Source of the DNA: Candidatus Latescibacterota bacterium
GTDB taxonomy: Bacteria > Krumholzibacteriota > Krumholzibacteriia > Krumholzibacteriales > Krumholzibacteriaceae
NCBI GenBank assembly: GCA_019038625.1
Contig: JAHOYU010000078.1
Location: forward strand, 1,687-65,686
DNA: 64,000 nt
Reading direction: 5' to 3'
This document shows, in pieces, positions 56,404 through 64,000 of this stretch (its first letter is position 1; the number at the start of each line of letters is the position of its first letter). A model generated the notes under the pieces. That model saw only the letters and a list, made by a program, of their open reading frames with translations. It ran no database searches and had not been told where the DNA came from. The translations under genes and the position numbers were made by a program.

Positions 56404-57897
56404 ATGTATCGTTCTGTATTCACCTGTGTGCTGTTGTGTCTGACCGTGTCAATCCTGTCGGTGACTGCTGTCGGCGAAGACGTAGCGGACGTCGAGAACG
56501 AGCTTGAAGCGCTGAGGCAGATCATAGCGGAAAAGGGGTACAGCTTTACAGTCGGGCGGACTCCCCTTACGGGACTCTCGAAAGAACAGCTGGCGCAAAG
56601 GACCGGTTTTATCCCGCCTTCGAAGGAGGAATGGGGTTCGCTGCCGCGGTTCGTGCCAGGCGCGCTCAGCTATCCCGGGGCAGATATCAGCGATCCGGTC
56701 TTCGACTGGAGGACTCTTGGCAATGTGACCGGAGTGAGGAACCAGGGCGCCTGTGGTTCGTGCTGGGCCTTCGCCGCGATAGCTCAGCTGGAGGGACATA
56801 TTGCCATCTATGACAACATGATGATGGATCTTTCCGAGCAGCATATAATCGATTGTAACGAGGACGAGAAAAACTGTGACGGCGGCAACGCCTATGCTGC
56901 TTATAAGCTCCTGCTTTCTTTCGGCTCCGTGACAGAGGACTGTATTCCATATACCCAGTCGGACGAAGGAGAGTGCGGGCAGGCCTTCTGCACTTCTGTC
57001 GCGGTCATTGCGGATTATCCAGATGTGGAAGACTTCAATGTCACAGCGATCAAGACGGCGCTTCTGAGCGGACCTGTCTATACGGCGATCAGGACGAGCG
57101 CTTTATTTAATAGCTACATCGAAGGATGTTTCGATTATAACGACACTAACAATTACCCGGATCATGCCGTGCTGATAGTCGGATGGGACGACACGGCCTG
57201 CGATGAAGGGGGAGCCTGGATCGTTAAGAACAGCTGGGGGGAGGGCTGGGGCGAGGATGGATTTATGCATATCAAGTACGGTGTAAGTTACATAGGGATG
57301 TACGTTTCACAGATCCTGTATTCGCCTTTCGTAAGCCTGACCTCTCCAAACGGAGGGCAGACGATCTATGGGGATACGGAGTACAGGATCCAGTGGAGCA
57401 ATCCCGGGATCGAACCGGACTCCGTCTCGCTTGCGTACAGCATCGGCGGTGCTGCCGGGCCATTCGACAACCCGATAGTCTCCGGGCTGACAGGAGTCGA
57501 GACTTACCTGTGGACCGTTCCCGAGATAACGAGCGAATCGGTCATGGTGAGGGTAACGGCCTGGCTGGACGGCGATATCAGGGCGTATGACCTCAGCGAC
57601 GAAGTATTCGAGATCGCAGCATTTTCAAATACTGCCTCATCCTATCCCAATCCGTTCCAGGAAAAGATCAGCATCCTGTACGAGGTAGATTCTCCGGGGC
57701 GTGTAAAGATCACGATATTCGATGTGAGGGGTGGAGTGGTGAAAGTCGTGGAAGAGATCGACCGGGATACGGGCAATTATGTGGCGGAATGGGATGGAAC
57801 GGAAGCTGACGGCGCTCCGGCAAATCCAGGTGTCTATTTCTATCTTCTCGATGCGCCGGGAACGACACGGTCAGAGAAGATCATCCTGTTGCGTTAG
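56404..57897 (+). CDS. Secreted papain-family (C1) cysteine peptidase with C-terminal T9SS-type sorting domain
   Basis: Signal peptide; 'QGACGSCWAFA' catalytic Cys motif; 'HAVLIVGWD' His; C-terminal ~80 aa 'YPNPFQEKISILYEV...VYFYLLDAPG' resemble the T9SS CTD. Confidence 0.75.
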   Translation: MYRSVFTCVLLCLTVSILSVTAVGEDVADVENELEALRQIIAEKGYSFTVGRTPLTGLSKEQLAQRTGFIPPSKEEWGSLPRFVPGALSYPGADISDPVFDWRTLGNVTGVRNQGACGSCWAFAAIAQLEGHIAIYDNMMMDLSEQHIIDCNEDEKNCDGGNAYAAYKLLLSFGSVTEDCIPYTQSDEGECGQAFCTSVAVIADYPDVEDFNVTAIKTALLSGPVYTAIRTSALFNSYIEGCFDYNDTNNYPDHAVLIVGWDDTACDEGGAWIVKNSWGEGWGEDGFMHIKYGVSYIGMYVSQILYSPFVSLTSPNGGQTIYGDTEYRIQWSNPGIEPDSVSLAYSIGGAAGPFDNPIVSGLTGVETYLWTVPEITSESVMVRVTAWLDGDIRAYDLSDEVFEIAAFSNTASSYPNPFQEKISILYEVDSPGRVKITIFDVRGGVVKVVEEIDRDTGNYVAEWDGTEADGAPANPGVYFYLLDAPGTTRSEKIILLR

Positions 57898-57968
57898 CCC
57901 GATCTGGTCCCGTCTCCATGGGCGACACCTTTTCTCCGATGGCCGCGGCCTGCAGAACGGCACCGTCC

Positions 57969-60900
57969 CTAGAACAGGCTGCTGAATCCTATCGTCCAGC
58001 GCATGTCCCAGTTCTCCGTCTCTCCGCTGATCTCCGGATGACTCAGATAGAAGGGGAATTCGGCCGTGATGTTCCAGATCTTTATGCCGATTCCGGCATC
58101 CTGAAGCACATAGTCAAAAGCGTTTTCTCCAAGTCTTTCTCCGACTTCATCCGGAAGAGCTTCGAGTGGGTCTTCGCCGAGAGCCTTGCCGTAATCGTAG
58201 AAGAGGTACAGCTCGGGACGCAGTGCATTCGAGAGCTTTTTCCCCAGGGGGAGGAAGGGCAGCTTCAGCTCGATATTCGACGATACGATAGACTTGAAAC
58301 TGAAGTCTCCGTCGAAATATCCGCGAAGATTGGCATCTCCCGCTACATGAAAATTGTTGTAGTAGTCTTCCGGGAAAGCGCCCTTGCTTCTCAGCCAGAA
58401 GAAGTCCTCTTTGTCGACCGGACCGGCTCCTGCCAGGTTGAACATCTCCTGAAGAGGGGGGTCCATGGTGGCCCTGCCGAAGAACAGTCTCATCCTCGGC
58501 TCGATGGGCAGGGGCCAGAATCTGGAGGGCCATATTCTGGCGTTGAACGTCAATTTTTCATAACTGAAGTCACTGCCGTAGAACGACCGTTCGAGTCCGA
58601 GAAAGAAAGAGGTGTTGAATACGTCGGTCTTCGGGTAAGAGGCGATGAACAGGGACGATTTGATGTTCGGGCCTTCCTCATACATGCCGGGATATACATA
58701 GTCGGGGTCTGTGAGTTCCTGATAGCCGAGCTTGAGAGTGTAATGTTTGGTAAGAGGCTCGGAAAGGTGTTTGCGCCTCGTCTTGAAGATCGAAAGACTA
58801 GCCCCCTGCCTGCCTTCCCTGTAATATCCGTCGATTTTCCAGTCGGCTTCCCTGCCGAAATAGGTCAGAGGGTTTTCGAAAGAACCATAGACATCAAACT
58901 CTCCACTTTCGAATCCGTAGAGTCCCTGGAGCGTGAAATTTTTATAGATACCGTCATAGCTGCCCTTCAGGCACAGCCCGGCTTTGCCCCCGTCGATATC
59001 GTTATAAAATCCGAGGGGACTCACCCTGAACTGATAGGCGTCAGATGGATAATAATCGCTCGGAAGAAGTTCGAACATAAGCTCGCGTTTCCTGGGCGCG
59101 AAGTTATCAAGGAGATAGATGTCGAGGATCTCGTTGTCCGGGTTGATAGCGACAGAGACAGGTTCTATCGGGAATGTGAAGGTGTTTTCGTATTCGCGCG
59201 GCATGCCGTCGACCCTCTCCGTGACCGTGTTACCGTTCTTCAGCCGGAAGGCCAGGGTAAGGGGCATCATCATCTCACTCTTCCGCTTCACCTTGACATC
59301 GGCGGTGAATCCGTCGGCAGATTCGGATACTTTGAAGCGATCCACCCTGTAATCGCAATTTTTTGTGGAATGGAGCCATTGAATAAAGAACTCCCCGAGG
59401 TCCTGCCCCGATATCTCTTCGCATACATCGAGGAAAGCGTCTTCGTCGACATGTTTGAATTTCCATTTTTCGAGGTATGTATGCATTATTCTGCGGAAAT
59501 CAGCGTCTCCCACATGATAACGCAGTGCTCTCATGAAAAGCGCGCCTTTCGTGTAGACCATCGTCCGCCCACAGTTATTAAACTCATGATAGGGCGTGGC
59601 GACACGCTCGGCGAATCCTGTACGGTGATAGTAGATGACCTGTCTTGAAAGCCTGTCCCAGATCTTGCGAGGTTTAAAGGACGACAGGAATGATTGCTCT
59701 TTCTCGTCACCATATGGCCCGAATTCGGTCTCTCTGCGGAGGTATGTCTGATAGGTCGTCATACCCTCGTCCATCCAGGCCTCTTCGCGTTCGTCGTTGG
59801 CCAGCATCCCATAGAACCAGTTGTGGCCTATCTCGTGAAGCATGAGGTCTTCATCGGCGGAGCCGTTCATGACCAGCATAGGATATTCCATCCCGCCACC
59901 GCTGTGTACATCGACGATGCTGATCTGTGGATATCCGTACGGGCCGGCGAAGTCTTCCATCCACTTCATACAGCGGACTCCCCTGGCGAGAGCGGAATCG
60001 GCCCAGGAGGAGTTCCATTTCCGGTAAAAGGACCGGATTTCGTACCCGTTGTATTCGGCCTTTTCCAGGGCGAATTCGGGGTCGGCGCACCAGGCGAAAT
60101 CGTGAACGTTTTCAGCTCTGAACTTCACTGTCTTTTCGTGTCCGTATGTATCGGAGGCATCAGCTGTTCCGGCCTGCCCGCCGGTTTCCTGAGCTTTTTC
60201 CCCCGCAGCGGCCAAAGCCTTTTCCCATCCGGCGTCTCCTGAGACGAGAATGCCTGTGGATGCGATGACAAATTCATCGGGGATCGTGATCTCGACATCG
60301 AAATCGCCGAATTCACCGTAGAACTCACCTTTTCTGAACTGGTCGGCGTGCCAGCCGTTTTTATCGTATACGACCATCTTGGGGTACCACTGGCCCAGGG
60401 CGTAGTGGTCTCCAAGGAAGCCGGATCTGCCAAGTTTCTTTCTCACCAGCTCGGAGAAATGTACCTCGATCGATACTGTCCTGCCAGGAACGAGGGGTCT
60501 TGGGAATGTCGCGCTCAGGATCGTCCCGTCAACATCGAACGAGAGACTGTCCCCGTTGACTGTAAGGCTGGTTATATCTATCCAGCCGCGTGCCGAACCG
60601 GTCAGGCCGACAAGGATGGTCCAGACCCCGGGAAGGTGATCTTCGATAAGGGGGGAGGCCTTTTCCCGGTAGGCGTTCGGGTAGAGGTGCAGGTAGAAGG
60701 CATCCAGTGTGTCCGGGGAATTATTGGTGTAACTTATGATATTCGATCCGGTCAGCATGTGTGTCTCGGGGTTCAGCGTGCACATGATCGAATTATCGGC
60801 CTTCTGTTGCCAGTAGGGATCTATGAGGTCCGGGATCTGCGTGGATTGTGCAGCTACCGTGGTTCCGTTCAGGGCGGTCTCGATGACCCCCGAAGAAACT

Positions 60901-60998
60901 TTTTCCGGCGATGCCAGGATCCCGGCGGCCAGAAAGGCTGTTATAGCCATCAAATGGATATATCTGGATATAAAGCTATTTCTCATCTCGTCATTCAT
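57969..60998 (-). CDS. Large secreted M1-family-like zinc metallopeptidase with long C-terminal (possibly beta-rich) extension
   Basis: 'HEIGHNWFYGMLANDEREEAWMDEG' (HExxH-x18-E) with an upstream 'GGMEYP' GAMEN-like motif; signal peptide; 1009 aa. Confidence 0.6.
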   Translation of the reverse strand: MNDEMRNSFISRYIHLMAITAFLAAGILASPEKVSSGVIETALNGTTVAAQSTQIPDLIDPYWQQKADNSIMCTLNPETHMLTGSNIISYTNNSPDTLDAFYLHLYPNAYREKASPLIEDHLPGVWTILVGLTGSARGWIDITSLTVNGDSLSFDVDGTILSATFPRPLVPGRTVSIEVHFSELVRKKLGRSGFLGDHYALGQWYPKMVVYDKNGWHADQFRKGEFYGEFGDFDVEITIPDEFVIASTGILVSGDAGWEKALAAAGEKAQETGGQAGTADASDTYGHEKTVKFRAENVHDFAWCADPEFALEKAEYNGYEIRSFYRKWNSSWADSALARGVRCMKWMEDFAGPYGYPQISIVDVHSGGGMEYPMLVMNGSADEDLMLHEIGHNWFYGMLANDEREEAWMDEGMTTYQTYLRRETEFGPYGDEKEQSFLSSFKPRKIWDRLSRQVIYYHRTGFAERVATPYHEFNNCGRTMVYTKGALFMRALRYHVGDADFRRIMHTYLEKWKFKHVDEDAFLDVCEEISGQDLGEFFIQWLHSTKNCDYRVDRFKVSESADGFTADVKVKRKSEMMMPLTLAFRLKNGNTVTERVDGMPREYENTFTFPIEPVSVAINPDNEILDIYLLDNFAPRKRELMFELLPSDYYPSDAYQFRVSPLGFYNDIDGGKAGLCLKGSYDGIYKNFTLQGLYGFESGEFDVYGSFENPLTYFGREADWKIDGYYREGRQGASLSIFKTRRKHLSEPLTKHYTLKLGYQELTDPDYVYPGMYEEGPNIKSSLFIASYPKTDVFNTSFFLGLERSFYGSDFSYEKLTFNARIWPSRFWPLPIEPRMRLFFGRATMDPPLQEMFNLAGAGPVDKEDFFWLRSKGAFPEDYYNNFHVAGDANLRGYFDGDFSFKSIVSSNIELKLPFLPLGKKLSNALRPELYLFYDYGKALGEDPLEALPDEVGERLGENAFDYVLQDAGIGIKIWNITAEFPFYLSHPEISGETENWDMRWTIGFSSLF

Positions 60999-61287
60999 CC
61001 CTTCCAGGAAAGTCCTTCCGATACCCGGGTCCTATTCAACCAGCTGAAGTTAGCACAGTGATGCGGTCCAATCAAGCGGAATGGACCGTTGGCGGATCAG
61101 TCAATTGCCGGACGATATCCCCGGCCTGAACAATGGGGTACCCTATTTACTCCTATTCCCACCGGAGTGGACCATTTTGCTTGTAAGACAGGAAATCGCC
61201 TGATAATATTCTTCTTTACGCTGGTATCCATATTCGGCCCGGCGATAATCAAGAGAACATGGCAAGGTATTCCTGGAAGGAGGAAGG

Positions 61288-63183
61288 ATGCTCAGAAAAG
61301 GAAGGAGTCTTTTCCTGTCGGCCCTGGTGATTTCGTTCACCATTCTGCTGGTTCAGCCAGCTGGTCAGTGCCAGACGCTGGAGGAAAAGGTCAATGAGTT
61401 CGAACTCGATAACGGGATGAAATTCCTGGTCGTCGAGAGGCATGAAGCCCCAGTGGCGTTCTGCGCGATAGTATTCAATGTGGGGTCTGCCAATGAATGG
61501 CCCAATGTGACGGGGATATCTCATCTTCTCGAACACATGATGTTCAAAGGTACGAAGATGTTGGGAACGAGCGACTACAAGAAAGAGATCCCCTACATAG
61601 AAAAGACCGACGAGCTTGGCGAGATGACTATAGAACTTCGCAAGGAGCTGGGGGAATGGCGCTTCGAAGCGTTCAAGGAATTCCGCGAGACCATCATCGC
61701 CGGCTTTACCGAAGAGGAGACAGAGAAAGCCGGGACAAACAAATATACACAGAACCTTATTCTCGTAGAGAAGATCCGGGCGATGGAAAGCCTTCCCGAA
61801 GAGCTTACATCGAGAAAGTACCTTCTTGAGAAAGACGGCGTCGATTATCTCGAGAAGTATCTGGAATACGAGCAGACATGGGGAGAGATCGTAAGGCTGA
61901 CGGACGAACAGCGCACCCGGTTCGTTGTGAACAACGAACTGTGGGAGACATATATGAACAACGGGTCCCGCATGCTCAACGCGGGAACGTCCTATGATTT
62001 CACCGTCTATTTCGTCTATCTGCCCACCAACAGGCTCGAACTCTGGATGACGATGGAATCAGACCGTATGGATTCTGCCATTTTCAGGGAGTTCTGGATC
62101 GAAAGGGACGTCGTCATGGAAGAGCGGCGGCTGGCCGACAACGATCCCGACGATGTGCTCGACGAAGCATTCAACTCGGTGGCGTTCACCGCCTGTCCCT
62201 ACAAGTGGCCCGTTCTTGGCTGGATGAGCGATCTGCAGACGATCGACAGAAAGGAACTCGCCGAATATCACAAGACCTTCTATGCTCCGAATAACGCGAC
62301 TGCGGTCATAGTGGGTGATGTGGATGTAAAGACTGTCAGGAAGATGGCAAAGAAATATTTCGAGTCGATTTCTGACCAGGAACCACCTCCTCCGCTGGAG
62401 ACGAGAGAACCGAAGCAGCAGGGCGAAAGACGTCTCGTGATCGAACATGATGCGAATCCGAAATTGATGGTCGGTTATCACAAGCCTATTCATCCCGACC
62501 CGGAATCGGTCGTATTCGACGTCATGACCAGCGTGCTGGCCGGTGGCCGGACTTCGAGGCTGTATAAGTCGATATTCGAGGATAAGAAACTCACGGCTGA
62601 GCCGGTGAGAGTCTATACGGGTCCAGGCGAGAGATACGACAACCTCCTGATGTTCACCGCCGAGCCCAGGCATCCTCACACGCTCGAGGAAGTCGAGGCC
62701 GCGATCTACGAAGAGATTGAAAAGCTCAAGACAGAGCCGGTGACCGATAGAGAGCTGCAGAGGATACTCAACCAGCTCGACTCACAGATGGTCCAGCAGC
62801 TCGGATCGAATCTCGGCATCGCGTTCACCGTGCTTATGGGCGAGATCTTCCGTGGCGACTGGCACGCGATGTTCCGGCAGTACGATATGACGAAGGAAGT
62901 CACGGCTGAGGACGTGATGAAGGTAGCTGAAAAATATCTGATAGAGAGCAACAGGACTGTTGGCTGGAGAGTGAAGATCGAAAAAGAAGAAGGCGAAGAA
63001 GGGGGAGAAGCGGGAGATGAAGTCGATCAGCAGGCTCTAAGGGCATGGGTCATGTCCCTGCCACCAGATGAACAGGCGGAGGTCATACAGAAATTCCAGA
63101 GCATGAGGTCGGAAGCCGAAGCGATGGAATATATGAAAGAACTATGGGAACGCGTAAAAGCGTCCGGCGCGGTAAAGGAATAA
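61288..63183 (+). CDS. M16-family (pitrilysin/insulinase) zinc peptidase, catalytic subunit
   Basis: Inverted zinc motif 'HLLEHMMFKGT' (HxxEH) with signal peptide; 631 aa. Confidence 0.75.
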   Translation: MLRKGRSLFLSALVISFTILLVQPAGQCQTLEEKVNEFELDNGMKFLVVERHEAPVAFCAIVFNVGSANEWPNVTGISHLLEHMMFKGTKMLGTSDYKKEIPYIEKTDELGEMTIELRKELGEWRFEAFKEFRETIIAGFTEEETEKAGTNKYTQNLILVEKIRAMESLPEELTSRKYLLEKDGVDYLEKYLEYEQTWGEIVRLTDEQRTRFVVNNELWETYMNNGSRMLNAGTSYDFTVYFVYLPTNRLELWMTMESDRMDSAIFREFWIERDVVMEERRLADNDPDDVLDEAFNSVAFTACPYKWPVLGWMSDLQTIDRKELAEYHKTFYAPNNATAVIVGDVDVKTVRKMAKKYFESISDQEPPPPLETREPKQQGERRLVIEHDANPKLMVGYHKPIHPDPESVVFDVMTSVLAGGRTSRLYKSIFEDKKLTAEPVRVYTGPGERYDNLLMFTAEPRHPHTLEEVEAAIYEEIEKLKTEPVTDRELQRILNQLDSQMVQQLGSNLGIAFTVLMGEIFRGDWHAMFRQYDMTKEVTAEDVMKVAEKYLIESNRTVGWRVKIEKEEGEEGGEAGDEVDQQALRAWVMSLPPDEQAEVIQKFQSMRSEAEAMEYMKELWERVKASGAVKE

Positions 63184-63198
63184 GACCGGAAAGGAAAG

Positions 63199-63999
63199 AT
63201 GACGATGAAAAGAAAGATCCTCATTATAGTCCTGGTGGCAGTCCTTGCCGGCATGCTTGCGACGCCGTTGACGGCAGGAAGAAAGCATCCGAGCAAGCTC
63301 AAGTATCCCGACCTCGAAGTCCAGGTTCCCGAGGTCATGGATATTTCCTTTCCCAACGGGATGAAAGGTTTCATGATCGAGGACCACGAGATCCCCGCGG
63401 TGAATATTGTGATCCTTTTCAAGACCTATTTTCCCGAGAAGGAAAAATACGGATTGAACGAATTGGCCCGCTGGGTCATGCGTAACGGGGGCAGCGAGAG
63501 CTGGCCGGCCGACAAGCTGAACGACGAGCTCGAATTTCTGCCGGCGCAGGTCGAGTTTTTCGGAGGAGATCTCAGCACGAGCGTTTTTATCAACTGCATG
63601 AAGAAAGATCTGGAAAACGTTCTGGGCATACTCGCCGATGTGGTTACCAATCCCTCCTTCCCGGAGGAAAAGGTACAGAAGAAGAAAGACGATATGCTCG
63701 AGGACATACGAAGAAAGAACGACCAGCCGAGAAACATCGTCAACAGGGAGTTCAATAAACTGTTGTACGGTGACCACCCCTACAGCTGGGAGACGGAAGA
63801 GGCGTCGATATCGTCAGTGACCAGAGACGACCTCGTAGCTTTTCATCGCGCCTGGTTCGTTCCGAACAATGCCCTGATCGGTATCAGTGGAGATGTCACC
63901 AAGCCTGAGATCGAAAAACTGATAAGCGAGGCGTTTACCGGATGGGAGCAGGGCGAAGTGAATATCCCGCAGGTTCCGGATGTGGGTGGCAGTCCCGAT
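63199..63999 (+). CDS. M16-family peptidase paralogue (probably the non-catalytic partner), 3'-truncated by the window edge
   Basis: Open frame from the ATG at 63199 to the end of the window, with signal peptide and M16 N-domain-like sequence. No HxxEH was seen in the visible part. Not in the ORF track because no stop lies within the window. Confidence 0.5.
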   Translation, partial: MTMKRKILIIVLVAVLAGMLATPLTAGRKHPSKLKYPDLEVQVPEVMDISFPNGMKGFMIEDHEIPAVNIVILFKTYFPEKEKYGLNELARWVMRNGGSESWPADKLNDELEFLPAQVEFFGGDLSTSVFINCMKKDLENVLGILADVVTNPSFPEEKVQKKKDDMLEDIRRKNDQPRNIVNREFNKLLYGDHPYSWETEEASISSVTRDDLVAFHRAWFVPNNALIGISGDVTKPEIEKLISEAFTGWEQGEVNIPQVPDVGGSPD

Positions 64000-64000
64000 C

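Noticed and set aside
1-64000. CRISPR arrays, tRNA/rRNA genes, IS elements or integrases
   Set aside because: No direct-repeat/spacer periodicity, no tRNA-like T-arm/anticodon structures, and no transposase- or integrase-like ORFs were seen in the non-coding gaps. The gaps inspected were 21491-21768, 38996-39191, 45000-45223, 46232-46494, 47899-48463 and 61000-61287.

Overview
This 64-kb window comes from an anaerobic bacterium. Several secreted proteins carry a T9SS-type C-terminal sorting domain, which suggests an FCB-superphylum or candidate-phylum lineage. Positions ~1-36,500 are one co-directional redox gene cluster on the + strand with no obvious close precedent. It opens with a sulfur-relay trio (rhodanese, DsrE-like, TusA-like). 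Three modules follow, each built from MvhD-like, HdrA-like, AsrA/FlxB-like Fe-S and FlxA/AsrB-like flavoprotein genes. There is a single HdrC and an FrhB-like protein, and no HdrB (no CCG-domain protein) anywhere in the window. The third module contains a NuoE/NuoF/NuoG-like NADH-dehydrogenase N-module that by eye is physically interleaved with a split HdrA, as HdrA(N-fragment)::NuoE, then NuoF, then NuoG(N-domain)::HdrA-HdrA. It runs straight into a molybdopterin-oxidoreductase-like protein that has no recognisable catalytic Cys/Sec motif, a HycB-like ferredoxin, and a complete Mrp-Mbh-type membrane-bound [NiFe] hydrogenase. That hydrogenase has NuoH/B/C/D/I homologues, both NiFe-ligating Cys motifs intact, MrpA-G-like antiporter subunits and a HycI-type maturation protease. 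I read this as a candidate NADH/ferredoxin/H2 (possibly sulfur-linked) flavin-based electron-bifurcating, ion-translocating supercomplex. The rest of the window encodes indolepyruvate:ferredoxin oxidoreductase (IorAB) and a cytoplasmic reductive-dehalogenase-like Fe-S protein. It also encodes envelope and secreted hypotheticals, a thioredoxin, and an aldo/keto reductase with an Fe-S tail. A citrate-fermentation set follows: pyruvate kinase, a CitD-CitE fusion, CitF and ATP-PEPCK. The window ends with a TPR/sigma-54 activator and four secreted peptidases (C1 with T9SS CTD, M1-like, and two M16, the last truncated by the window edge). All calls rest on motif recognition by eye; no database searches were run.
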